DNA from: Octopus vulgaris
Taxonomy: Eukaryota
NCBI GenBank assembly: GCA_951406725.2
Contig: OX597822.1
Coordinates: 69,564,001-69,628,000, forward strand
Reading direction: 5' to 3'
Length of the DNA stretch: 64,000 nt
The notes under the pieces are model-generated. The model was not told where the DNA came from. It ran no database searches and saw only the letters and a program-made list of their open reading frames with translations. This document shows positions 1-13,645 of this stretch, in pieces (the stretch's first letter is position 1; every line of letters starts with the position of its first letter). A program made the translations under genes and the position numbers.

Positions 1-1093
1 GTTTATAAGCTGACCAAAACTCTCATGGTATGTGAACTAATGAGATTTATTTATCAACATAGTCTCCTTTGCTCTCCACACACTTCTTCCATCGATGTTG
101 CAATGCTTGGACCTCATTGGTGAAGAAGCTTTTATCCTGTTGGTCAACAAGTCAACAGCAGATATGACGTTATCATCAATGTGATACTGGTTCCCAGTCA
201 AGTGAGTTTTTTATGTTGGGGAACAGCTGAAAGTCAGATAGGACCAAATCAGGAGAATAGGGAGTGTGATCAACTAATTCAAAGCTACAGTCGCGTTCAG
301 CACCCATTGAAACAAAGGTCTTGTGTGCTGGAGCATTGTCCTGATGAAACAAGACCCCCTTTCATCAATTTTCCTCGGTGTTCGATCTTGATAGCCTTGC
401 GTAACTACCCACAAAAGGTTGATGTTGCTCTTTTGAAGATATCCATTAAAAACAATGCATTTAGCATTCGAAAAAAACTTAGGCCAAAGGAAACTACCTT
501 TTGGCCTTCTTTGGAGCAGGTGAGGAAGGGTGTTTTCACTACATCGATTGTCTCTTTGTCTCTGGCTCATCCTGGGTTGGGAAATTTTGTAAGAAACCAG
601 CTGGGTCTGCTTCAAACAATGTCGAATTTTCCCGTGGTGGGATCAGCTTGGTGTGCTTTTGATCAGGTGACAGAATACGTGGCACCCATCAAGTAGAAAC
701 AGTCGTCATGCCAATTTCATTGTATAGAATATTCTCAACTTTCACGGGGTATGCTAATTGCATGGGCTATTTGATTTATAGTCAATCGCCTGTCATCCAT
801 CATCACATGCTGAACACGACCAATGTTTCTCACGGTGGTGGCAGTTGCAGGACGTCGAGATCTTGGATTATCTTCAAGACTCTCCATTTCATTCCTAAAT
901 TCAGCTGCCCACTTTTTCACTATTGATAAAGCTGGAACGTCATCCCCTAATGTAGCAACCATGTCAGCATGTATGTTGTTAGGGTCTAAACCCTTTTTCT
1001 TGTCTTTTTTTTTCTTTTCTTTTTTTTGCAGTACTTGAAAACAACACGATACCAAATTTTATCCAGTTTTCACGAGAGATCGCTACTAACTGT
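1..1093 (-). mobile_element. Degenerate mariner (DD34D-type) transposon, frameshifted transposase
   Basis: Minus-strand translation gives the N-terminal HTH (IHADMVATLGDD..ALSIVKKWAAEFR..ESLEDNPRSRRP), the VLFHQDNAPAH motif, and the C-terminal ALQHRWKKCVESKGDYVDK* near 52-110. Multiple frameshifts. Confidence 0.85.
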
Positions 1094-1229
1094 CCGACAC
1101 CCAACATGGTTTCCGACCAGGGAGAAGCTGTTTAACTCAGCTCCTACAACACTATGACTGGGTGCTGAAACGGCTGCTCAACCACTCAAATGTGGAAGTG
1201 ATATATCTCGACTTTGCAAAGGCCTTTGA
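1094..1229 (+). mobile_element. Isolated 136-bp internal RT fragment of CR1/L2-group LINE
   Basis: Base-for-base identical to 39562-39697 ([44 protein letters not shown]). Confidence 0.9.
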
Positions 1230-1648
1230 AAACTCCTTTGAACACTCAAATGCCAGTTATTAATAAAAAGAGTTAAAATGAATGCATTCAAGAGATCACA
1301 GCACTAGTATCACACTTTCATGGTCATCCTGTGGATTATTCAGTCCACACCGGTATGTGCAAATAGAAACTGATACCTGACCTTCATTTATCAGGCGCTT
1401 ACTTCCCACCATGCAGCGCCTGCTATGCATCGGCAAAAAAAGAGCTAAACAACTTCCGTGTTCAAATGAGCATTTGATTGGTTGCCTCAAGACGTGAGCT
1501 GGAATGCGAGTTTGAACAAGAATCATTACTTAACTACTAAACTATCCATACAAAAAACCTTAAGCTGTCCCACTTTCATAATATTTACATATCAACAAAA
1601 GAAAAATATTGAATATAAAACATACCTTATTTAGGAGTAAACATATTT

Positions 1649-2052
1649 AGGCATAGGAGTGGCTGTGTAGTAAGTAGCTTGCTTACGAACCACATGTTTC
1701 TGGATTCAGTCCCACTGAGTGGCAACCTTGGGCAAGTGTCTTCTACTATAGCCTCGGGCCGACCAAAACCTTGTGAGTGAGTTTGGTAGACGGAAACTGA
1801 AAGAAGCCTGTCGTATATATGTATATATATATATATGCGTGTGTGTGTTTGTGTGTCTGTGTTTTCCCCCAAACACCGCTTGACAACCGATGCTGGTGTA
1901 TTTACGTCCCCATAACTTGGTGGTTCGGCAAAAGAGACCGATAGAATAAGTACTAGGCTTACAAAGAATAAGTCCTGGGGTCGATTTGGTCGACTAAGGG
2001 CGGTGCTCCAGCATGGCCGCAGTCAAATGACTGAAACAAGTAAAAGAGTAAA
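1649..2052 (+). mobile_element. tRNA-headed SINE family A (LINE-like 3' tail)
   Basis: Head GGC(G/A)(C/T)AGGAGTGGCTGTGT with A/B-box-like motifs, internal (TA)/(TG) tract, tail GGCGGTGCTCCAGCATGGCCGCAGTCAAATGACTGAAAC-(AGTAAAAG)n. At least 6 copies in the window. Confidence 0.85.
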
Positions 2053-2459
2053 ATAGTATATAACAATAATCTGAATTTACACCACTTAAATGGGCTTTTT
2101 TTAGGATAATTCAACACAAAAAAGTTTATAATAAAAAACGTTGACAATATAATTTTAAAATTTAGATTGCTTCGTAATGGTTTGAGTTTTCAATTATAAC
2201 ATTTTTATTTTGTTTACCTTTACGTTCGTTTTGGTCTCTTTGTCGCTTTTTCATTGGTCGTAGTTTTTTGCTTTTTATTTTTTCTTGATATTCACGGCTA
2301 ATAGTCCAGAATGTACGAGGAAGCAAATAGGATGTCTCGTCTTGCTAGAAATAGTAAACAAACTACTATCTAATTGCGTATCAGAACAAATACGGCGAAG
2401 AATTCTTTTTGATGCTGAAATAACTCTTCTGCAAAACATAAGAGATCATATATGAGGGA

Positions 2460-2870
2460 TCAAATCAAAAACGAGAGTTACCTAAAACAGGGGAAAACTG
2501 CGGACGAGGAGAACTGAGACGAAGTTTGTGAGATGAGAGCACATCTTTTAGGGTGTGAACATCTCTTTCCAATACCAAAAAAAGAAGCCTGATATGGTAA
2601 TCTGGTGTGAGGAACGCAAGATGATATACCTTGTTGAATTAACTGCCCCACATGAGGACAATATTGATGCTGTTCCGGCTAGGAAAGACAAGCGTTATAA
2701 GACACAATTAGAAGATTCTAAACATGTTGGTTAGAGTGTAGTATACTTTCCTGTAGAAGTTGGATGTAAAAGATTTGGAACCAGATTGAGATCGTCAAGC
2801 AAACACCATCTTGAAAGAAATCGAAGTGACAGTTGAGAGAGCCAGCCGTTGGATATAATTCGAGTGGTGA
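2460..2870 (+). mobile_element. 3' fragment of an RLE-type (HERO/NeSL/R4-like) non-LTR retrotransposon
   Basis: 2582-2776 translates to KKPDMVIWCEERKMIYLVELTAPHEDNIDAVPARKDKRYKTQLEDSKHVG*SVVYFPVEVGCKRF, a PD-(D/E)xK restriction-like endonuclease. It is followed by ERASRWI. Confidence 0.8.
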
Positions 2871-2925
2871 AGTGTGAGTGTGAGGTTTTCCTACCATGGC
2901 AAAGAAAACCTGCACGACTCCAGAA

Positions 2926-3345
2926 TTTAAATTGTGATGATGATCCCGGAATGAACTTACGATCGAATACTAGTCAGTCGATCAGTAGTGATGGTGACAT
3001 TAGTTGAGCAGGACGGATGCACTGTAAAGCCATCCTTGGGAAGGCCCGAAATGGTGTGCGCTCTCTCCCGAAGGCCTTGAAACCTATTATCGTCCGGTAG
3101 CAGAGTTTTCGACTGACTGCATTTGCATAAGCAAGTTTAAATTGTGATGATGATCCGGGATTGAACTTACGATCGAATACTAGTCAGTCGATCAGTAGTG
3201 ATGGTGACACTAGTTGAGCAGGATGGATGCACTGTAAAGCCATCTGTGGGAAGACCCGAAATGGTGTGCACTCTCTCCCGAAGACCCTGAAACCTATTAA
3301 CGTCCGGTAGCAGAGTTTTCGACTGACTGCACTTGCACAGGCAAG
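2926..3345. repeat. 210-bp tandem duplication (2 units), probably the 3' UTR of the RLE element
   Basis: 2926-3135 and 3136-3345 align without gaps and differ by scattered substitutions. Confidence 0.9.
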
Positions 3346-3484
3346 CTGTTTCTTAGTACGGATCGATATTTCCATATCAATAGATATCTTTGAATGTTAA
3401 CTATAATTATTTGTGAAACGATTTGACGGGAGGCATCAGCTTTGTATCCGCGTTCTTGAAATAAGAAATAATGATCTGTTTTAA

Positions 3485-3697
3485 TCTTTTACTCTTTTAC
3501 TTGTTTCAGTCATTTGACTGCGGCCATGCTGGAGCACCGCCTTTTAGTCGACCAAATCGACCCCATAACTTATTCTTTGTAAGCCTGGTACTTATTCTAT
3601 CGGTCCCTTTAGCCGAACCGCTAAGTTACGGGGACGTAAACACACCAGCATCGGTTGTCAAGCGATGTTGGGGCGACAAACACAGACACACAAAGAT

Positions 3698-3779
<82 letters not shown>

Positions 3780-3942
3780 GATGGGCTTCTTTCCGTTTCC
3801 GTCTACCAAATCCACTCACAAGGCTTTGATCGGCCCGAGGCTATAGTAGAAGACATTTGCCCAAGGTGCTACGCAGTGGGTCTGAACCCGGAACCGTATG
3901 GTTCGTAAGCAAGCTACTTACCACACAGCCACTCCTACACCT
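3485..3942 (-). mobile_element. SINE family A
   Basis: Reverse complement of the 1649-2052 family with expanded (CA)/(TA) tract. Confidence 0.85.
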
Positions 3943-4208
3943 ATGCTTCATCAAATTTGCACCAAAACAAACTTTCAAATTGCTAGGAGTGTATGAAAAG
4001 TAGCAAAGAGACAGAATCACTTGAATTTCGGTTAAAATATCTTGCAATATTTGTATTGATTCTTTTAGATCTTTACCTTTTGACCGACAGATTAAAAATA
4101 TTTTTTGTAACTAAACACTTTCAAACTTCTAAAAATATAAAACATAAATAATAGTAATAATAAAAATAAAACGTAAATAAAATAAAGAAATTTAGAATAT
4201 ATAGATAG

Positions 4209-5063
4209 ACTAGCTTCGCTCGGGTTTTGGTGGTGGTGTTGTTTTGTGCGTGTTGTCTCCTTTTCCCTTTCTTCTTTGTTCGTCTTCTTTGCCTGGTTCT
4301 TTTTATTGCCCTCTTCTTTACCCCCCCCTTTTCAAAATCCCCCAAATTTTTACACCCACAATTAAAGATAACCGCCTCTAGCCCCTGCAGCAACACGAAA
4401 AGCCATCATTATTCAAACAGCGCAACCTGTCTATCCCATAAAACTCAATTTTTCCCATATTCCTCACCATGACAACCAAACGGTAGCCCCGAGCGACTTA
4501 CAACCCTCCTCACACCACTGCCCACCCCATTTTACCGCCCGGTATAAATTTTGGCGCCAGTCCGACCCCATCTACCGCCTCTTAAACCGTTCCCGTCCCA
4601 AAATGAGACAAATAACCAAGAAATCAAACAACTTTTTCGCATTTCAGCTTTATTTTTTAGGAAGCACTCCGTCGGTTACGACGACGAGGGTTCCGGTTGA
4701 TCCGAATCAACGGAACAGCCTGCTCGTGAAATTAACGTGTAAGTGGCTGAGCACTCCACAGACACGTGTACCCTTAACGTAGTTCTCGGGGATATTCAGC
4801 GTGACACAGAGTGTGACAAGGCCGGCCCTTTGAAATACAGGTACAACAGAAACAGGAAGTAAGAGTGAGAGAAAGTTGTGGCGAAAGAGTACAGCAGGGA
4901 TCACCACCACCCCCTGCCGGAGCCTCGTGGAGCTTTAGGTGTTTTCGCTCAATAAACACTCACAATGCCCGGTCTGGGAATCGAAACCACGATCCTACGA
5001 CCGCGAGTCCGCTGCCCTAACCACTGGGCCATTGCGCCTCCACTCAGCTTTATAGATATTGAT
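4209..5063. mobile_element. Helentron-associated non-autonomous element (HINE/DINE-like), SINE-interrupted
   Basis: Begins ACTAGC..CGCTCGGG like 5578 and ends TCAGCTTTATAGATATTGAT. Confidence 0.45.
4656..5043 (-). mobile_element. tRNA-headed SINE, head B + tail 1, 10-bp TSD
   Basis: Head GTGGAGGCGCAATGGCCCAGTGGTTAGGGCAGCGGACTCGCGG. TSD TCAGCTTTAT at 4644-4653 and 5044-5053. Confidence 0.88.
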
Positions 5064-5236
5064 AAATAACGATATACATACACACACAAACACAAGAATT
5101 GAGTGCATATAAACTCATAGCATAGCCACAGTGTTTATACGACATATGTGTGATTGGCATAACGTAACTATTAGTGACGTTATGCAAATTACCTAACAAC
5201 ACGCGTTCCAACACGTTCATTTATCAATCGCTTGAA

Positions 5237-5379
5237 TTTATCAACTTTGCATGCAAGGCTAGAGTGTGTACGTTTTGTGAAATTGCTTTCTATATAATCT
5301 TTAGTCCGTACCAGGCGAGACAGCAAAAGTAATAGTTAAATTTACTGCTCTGTGTATGTGTGTCTGTGTGTGTGTATTT

Positions 5380-5427
<48 letters not shown>

Positions 5428-5575
5428 CTATGTTTGTGTATATGCGTACCTGTGAAAAATGTAAACAACTTAACTGTTGGTGCTTGTTTTGTTGTATTTA
5501 TTGCTGTCAATCGAGTTTAATCTCAGTCAACCGTGAATTGGCAGAGATTATGATTGTATGATTATGATGTATTCC
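5237..5575. repeat. Dispersed ~330-bp repeat with internal (TG)n; inverted copy at ~21460-21770
   Basis: CCAGGCGAGACAGCAAAAGTAATAGTTAAATTTACTGCTCTGTG and flanks are found reverse-complemented near 21650-21690. Confidence 0.75.
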
Positions 5576-6184
5576 ATACTAGCAGAAGTACCCGGCGTCG
5601 CTCGGGATTCAAATACTACGTTTCTGGTACTTAGTAAATTTCCTGGCATAAATAACGTTAACGCCAAATTGTAACAAAATTGATCGCTTATTGTAAGAAA
5701 ATTGTAACACATTTCTCGCAAACTGTAACAAAATTGGTCGCCGGGTTACCGCTCAAGCCAAGCGGTAACAGTTTGATACGAAATCCTGAAAAGAGCTTTA
5801 ATGCGTTCTCAAGGGTTGTAACAATCACGGGTGAAGTAGCCCTGCAAAGGGTTTTTTTGTCGTTCTCACAACAGTAACAATTTGATGAGTAGCCCTGAAA
5901 AGGGCTGTAATGCGTTCTCGGGTGGTGTAATAATCGTATATAAAGTGGCTCTGAAAAGGGCCTTTTTTTCGTTTACACTGAAAGCAACGGAACTGTTGCT
6001 ATGAAATGTGAAACTCTGTAGAAACAGATGACAAACCTAAGATGGACAAAGGAAAAGAAACATGGTTGAAGAAAGTTATTAACTGTGAAAGCACTCACTT
6101 ACCACATATCAGGTCTGCAAGGTTGCACTGGTGTGGTAGAGGTACAGAGTTCATGAATTTGAAAGCAGTTGACACGTGAAGTGC

Positions 6185-6307
6185 CTACAACACTTCTCTG
6201 TAGACCATATTTTTCGTTTTGCCATTAGGGGCAAGTACGAATAGATTTTGTTTGCTTCCAACTCTGGCGCATCCGAAGTATAATTGGTCATGAGAGAAAC
6301 ATGGCTC
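6185..6307 (-). pseudogene. Helitron PIF1-type helicase C-terminal fragment
   Basis: EPCFSHDQLYFGCARVGSKQNLFVLAPNGKTKNMVYREVL* matches the Helitron helicase end motif CFSHGQLYVA.SRV...TKNIVY.EVL. Confidence 0.85.
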
Positions 6308-6408
6308 GCCCTCCTTCTTTTGACAGCCGGAGCAGACTCTGTTTTACGATCAAGGCGCGTTTTATCTTAGGCGGCATGGCGATAGTATTGGACTATATTC
6401 AAATTGCG

Positions 6409-6926
6409 GTGGAGGCGCAATGGCCCAGTGGTTAGGGCAGCGGACTCGCGGTCGTTGGATCGCGGTTTCGATTCCCCGACCGGGCATTGTGAGTGTTTAT
6501 TGAGCAAAAACACCTAAAGCTCCACGAGGCTCCGGCAGGGGGTGGCGGTGAACCCTGCTGTACTCTTTCACCACAACTTTCTCTCACTCTTTCTTCCTGT
6601 TTCTGTTGTACCTGTATTTCAAAGGGCCAGCCTTGTCACACACTGTGTCACGCTGAATCTCCTCGAGAACTACGTTAAGGGTACACGTGTCTGTGGAGTG
6701 CTCGGCCACTTGCATGTTAATAAATGAGCTGCGACGTCACTGGTGCCAAGCTGTATCGGACTTTGCCTTTCCCTTGGATAACATCGGTGGCGTGGAGAGA
6801 GGGAGGCCGGTATGCATGGGCGAGTGCTGGTCTTCCATAAAAAAAACCTTGCCCAGACTTGTGCCTCGGAGGGTAACTTTCTAGGTGCAATCCCATGGTC
6901 ATTCATGACCGAAGGGGGTCGCACAA
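6409..6926 (+). mobile_element. SINE head B + tail 1 + tail 2, 14-bp TSD
   Basis: TSD ATATT(C/T)AAATTGCG at 6395-6408 and 6927-6940. Confidence 0.88.
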
Positions 6927-8069
6927 ATATTTAAATTGCGAGTTTTAAAAGACGGGCAAAAGGTGAGACTGAAAAACAAATTTGGCAGGATATATAAAAA
7001 ATGAACGTACTAAACATTATTCAAAAAAGGTGGAAGCGGGTACAGACAGTTATATATGTGGAAACAAAGACACTGAATACAATATTTTTTAACGACACGT
7101 AAGCTAAAAGCTGGTTGGCAACAACATAATAAAAGAGTTAACTTAACTGAGTATGGGAACAACGAAAAATTTCAATAGGAATTATGAAGTTAAAGTAAAA
7201 ATGTATGTCAAATGGTAGGCTTAACCTGTAAGTCGAAGCACGTATCAGATATGCACAAAAGCGCATCAGTAATTACGATTTGACAGTGACAGTATTCTAC
7301 CAATGAAAATCAGTCAAAGAATTAATTGGATGGGCTCATTACAGTGGACAATCAATAGTGTTCACGCGCATAGGTCAAAGGTCATGTTCACAGTTTACCC
7401 CTTATTGGCAGGTCATTGACATAATGTCATTAAGGAAAATGATGGTGGAAAGGGGGGCATTATGATCGTCGGCGATAATGGGGCGGGAGTGGTGAATAAA
7501 CACTAAGGACGTGGTAAAATCAGTCATTCACACTAAATAAGAGGCTGAAGTGGAGGGGTCATCATGGACGTAGGGGATAATAGTGGTGGGGTTAAGTAAA
7601 CACTAATGTGCACAGATCAAAAAAAGAAGGTGCGCATTAGTAGTGTTCACGTTCACATGTCAAAGGTCACATTCGTAGTTCGCCCCGTGTTATCACACCA
7701 TGAGCAGAGGGTAATTAAAGAAAATTTGTGCTGAAGTGGAGGGATGGATAATGGGGCGATAATAGGGAGAGGGTAAGTAAACACTAATGTACACAGATCA
7801 ATTCAGCGAGGTACAACTGCTCCACAATCCTTGGCGCGTGAGTAAACGGCAGAAGTTGTAAGCAAAAAAAAAAACAAGTTTAATCTAGTAAATTGCAAAT
7901 TTAATACGAAGAAACTTGACAAAACATTAGTTTAAAACAGTCAGTTAAGCATGAGTAATATTCTTGCCAAATTTGGAGCGGATTGGCTTTGGAACTGCCT
8001 TTTCCCATTCAATGCGGATTGACTTTACAAAAACATAAGTTTAAAACAATTCTTAAAGCATGAGTAATG

Positions 8070-8162
8070 CTCAATAAACACTCACAATGCCCGGTCTGAG
8101 AATCGAAACCGTGCTCTTACGACCGCGAGTCCGCTGCCCTAACCACTGGGCCATTGCGCCTC
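8070..8162 (-). mobile_element. SINE head B only
   Basis: Matches 4948-5040. Confidence 0.8.
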
Positions 8163-8715
8163 AACTGCTGTTGCTGTTGTTCTTGTTTAGCTTTGAGACA
8201 GTCAATAATGAAATCCGCATGAAATCCGCTCCAGTCTTGACCATCCCGTCGTTTGTTTTAAGTATATCAAAGCCATTGAGTCCAATAGATTGTTCTTTTG
8301 CTTAAAATGATGAGTTGTGGTTTGTGGAAGCCTTGCCTGTTATTTATAGAGCGATCACATATACTTCTATGACACGGAATAGTCATAAAATTAATACACG
8401 CATGATAGGAAAAATTTTCAGTGAACAATAATACCCTCTTGCCCCTGATAGGTCAACAAAAGTAACGCTGGTTAGTGTACTATCGCTCATATTTATTTAT
8501 AAATAATTTCACGTATTTCGTTTAAGTGGTGCTTGACCACTTCGAACGAATTTGCGGGCGTGGTGGGGGAAAATTTAGTAGTTGCTGGCTAGCGGATTTG
8601 GCTGAAAAGGATCAGGCACCGTTTGGCGCTAAATTCGAAATCCTGATATCAAATTAACCAGCATTACTTTCGCTGACCTAGCAGAGGTAAGACGATATTA
8701 TTGCACACTGAATTA

Positions 8716-9147
8716 AGGCGGCGAAATGGCAGAATCGTTAGTACACCGGGCGAAATTCTTAGCGGTATTTCGTCTGCCGCTACGTTCTGAGTTCAAATTC
8801 CGCCGAGATCGACTTTGCCTTTCATCATTTCGGAGTCGATTAAATAAGTACCAGTTACGCATTGGGGTCGATCTAATCAACTTAATCCGTTTGTCTGTCC
8901 TTGTTTGTCCTCTCTGTGTTTAGCCCATTGTGGGCAATAAATAAATAAGAATCGTTAGCACGCTGGGCGAAATGGTTAGCAGTATTTCGTCTGTCTTTAC
9001 GTTTTGAGTTCAAATTCCACCGAGGTCGACTTTGCCTTTCATCCTTTCGGGGTCGATAAATTAAGAACCAGTTGCATACTGAGGTCGATCTAATCGACTG
9101 CCCCTCTCCCCAAACTTTCGGGCCTTGTTCCTAGAGTAGAAAAGATT
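8716..9147 (+). mobile_element. Two adjacent tRNA-headed SINEs of family D (GCCTTTCATCCTTTCGGGGTCGAT core)
   Basis: Head GGCGGCGA..TGGCAGAA, B-box GAGTTCAAATTCC, and a conserved core resembling the MetaSINE domain (from memory). Confidence 0.8.
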
Positions 9148-9272
9148 ATTGTTCACTGAATGAATCTTTTTCCTGTCATGCCTATATTAATTTTGTGAAT
9201 ATTCCGTGGCATAGAATTATTTTTGACTTCTACTTTTAGCGATGCAGATGCTCATGTAGTACTTTTGCATGA

Positions 9273-11449
<2,177 letters not shown>

Positions 11450-11843
11450 GTGTGTGTGTGTATATGTATGTATGTGTGTATGTGTGTATGTATATATATG
11501 CGCGGTTTGCGGTGTCGATTTTATAAAATGTGATTTATTTTGCAGGTAAGAAGTATAACAACGCGAATATTTTATGAAAATCCGAAATTTACAACTTACC
11601 CACTTTACAAATTCAGTGACAGCGTAACCTTCACCCAACGCCAAAATAAAGAACTTTCATAAAGAAATTTCATCAAAAAATTTAGACCAAATTTGAACAC
11701 CCTGGGCCAGGAATATTAAAACAAAACATTGGTCTTCCGAAAAGGAAAAATGAAATTCTACCACAATTACAATTGTGGAATTACAATTTCTCAGATCTTT
11801 AAACAGTCACTCCCATAAAGAAATTTTTTTCTGCGAGCAGAGC

Positions 11844-12033
11844 TGATTTTGATTCGTTAAAAAATTGATGGCGTTTTTCTTCCGTGGTCAAGCTTGTCGT
11901 TCTGCTTGGTTGGTTTCCTTACAGGAGACAGTTATGGGTCAGACTGATTTTGATTCGTTAAAAAATTGATGACGTTTTTCTTTCGTGGTCAAGCTTGTCG
12001 TTCTACTTGGTTGGTTTCCTTACAGGATACAGT
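11844..12033. repeat. 100-bp-period tandem duplication
   Basis: CTGATTTTGATTCGTTAAAAAATTGATG...TTCCTTACAGGA.ACAGTT occurs at 11844 and 11944. Confidence 0.85.
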
Positions 12034-12400
12034 TGGGGGTCTTTACCTTGTATTCGTTGAAGTTTGGTTTTGATTGGTTTGGAATTATGTGACGTCAGTG
12101 AACAGTGCCAGTGAACCCACCACTTTTGCTGCTATGATCAACAGTCCTCTACTACTAACCCCAACCACCACCAAGGTTGCCAAAATTACGACCAACAATC
12201 GCTACTGTTGCTACCATTGGAACACAAGGTAACAAAAAAGCGGTTCCTTTTAATACCAGCAAGAAACAATAATGGACTTCTTCAATACACTCAACAGGAA
12301 TATAGCGATTATACCAACTACCGACAAAACACCACCACATGGATTCTATTGAGAACAGTAAGAAACGATTATGAACTTTTCAATTTTCACTTTGTATAAT

Positions 12401-12445
12401 ATTTTTGATAAGGTTCGTTTTTTCAAGAACCGAAACATGTAAAAT
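12401..12445 (+). ncRNA. Decayed type I hammerhead ribozyme
   Basis: ATTT-TTGATAA(for CTGATGA)-GGTTC..GAACC-GAAA-CATG-TA-AAAT. Stems I-III intact, two core transitions. Confidence 0.55.
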
Positions 12446-12521
12446 TCATAAGAAAATTAAAATTTATCTAATATAGTGGCGTTTTCAAACTTCTTTTGTA
12501 CAAATAAATAAATATATATAT

Positions 12522-12767
12522 CGCGGTTTCGATTCCCAGACCGGGCGTTGTGAGTGTTTATTGACTGAAAACACCTAAAGCTCCACGAGGCTCCGGAAGG
12601 GGTGGTGGCAATCCCTGCTGTAATCCTTCGCCACAACTTTCTCTCACTCTTTCTTCTGTTGGCCTGCTCGCTTAGCCAGCGGGGTGGCGTCATTTGAAGG
12701 CTAAAACAATGCGAAGCGCATTGTGACCAGCGATGTGTAGCAACATCTGACAGCCTGGTCGGTCACG

Positions 12768-12771
<4 letters not shown>
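12522..12771 (+). mobile_element. 5'-truncated SINE head B + tail 3
   Basis: Head B body followed by GGCCTGCTCGCTTAGCCAGCGGGGTGGCG...GGTCGGTCACGGTGAT. Confidence 0.82.
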
Positions 12772-12834
<63 letters not shown>

Positions 12835-12949
12835 TATTAATTTGCCTATACGGCATATACTCGCTGCCACCAGCGATAGTATTTTTAATAGTATTATCGA
12901 TCTCATGCGCAATTTCGGTCATTATCGATAATATTGCTTCCACTCTTGC

Positions 12950-13330
12950 TGGGATGGACTCGAAAAGAGACCGTTAGTGGACGGACAAGGGATAAAACAA
13001 TAAACAGGATAAAGGCTTAGGGCGACATGACGACAACAATTAAAATGATACGTGATGGCCTAAGACGGTATCATTCTATGTTCGTGTTGCCTTCGATCGG
13101 ACTGGTCACGATTTTCTGAGCACCTCGCTCTACCCCTCCCGTGTCTATAGTCCTTTAGGACAGTTTTCATTTCTCCTTTGCGTTACCTATTTTTGTCTAA
13201 GTCTAATTTTTGCTTTATATGCATTATTTTCATTTTCATTGTTGTTCTGGTGTAGCCCTAAGCCTTTATTCTCTTTATTGCGTTGACCCATATCCGTCCA
13301 CTAACGGTCTTGTCTCGAGTCCATCCCGTT
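12950..13330. repeat. ~100-bp inverted repeat pair (Penelope-like inverted end)
   Basis: GGGATGGACTCGAAAAGAGACCGTTAGTGGACGGA vs TCCGTCCACTAACGGTCTTGTCTCGAGTCCATCCC. Confidence 0.65.
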
Positions 13331-13645
13331 TCGTTATGTTTTGGTCCCATTCCTGGTAAGTTTCTTGCCGGTGTTTCCAAAGTGTACATTCATATATACT
13401 GTGTGTCGACAAATACACACCAGCTGCGTTGCTGTGGTGAGTCAGCCATCTTGGACTTCCTTGCGTTCACGTGAAAGACGGTAACTCACCTGAAAATAAA
13501 AGTAAATATTGTTGTGAGGGAATCTGTGGATACCATATTTATCAATATATTTTAATTACTTTAGATATCACAGCGTCATGAAATCAGAGAACGTTTTTGT
13601 GGGTATCCTTTATATTACACATATATATCCATAAATACATACATA

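Larger units (their letters stand above)
5578..8070 (-). mobile_element. Internally deleted Helitron/Helentron relic
   Basis: Terminus ACTAGCAGAAGTACCCGGCGTCGCTCGGG, PIF1 C-terminus at 6185-6307, internal diverged duplications at 7350-7800. Right boundary uncertain. Confidence 0.6.

Noticed and set aside
341-350. CTGATGA motifs at 341 and ~57198 as hammerheads
   Set aside because: No stem II/GAAA/UH arrangement; they lie in mariner coding sequence and an RTE UTR.
181-696. 171-aa ORF and other ORFs antisense to TE coding regions (e.g. 51313-51804, 55355-55774)
   Set aside because: Shadow frames of transposase or RT sequence.
6409-6485. tRNA-like sequences (also 33509, 22571, 21984)
   Set aside because: A/B boxes are present but there is no proper acceptor stem, and they run into SINE bodies.
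11534-11551. Plus-strand CAG|GTAAG motifs (also ~21575-21591)
   Set aside because: They lie within repeat-like DNA upstream of the only + strand gene start and are expected by chance in AT-rich DNA.
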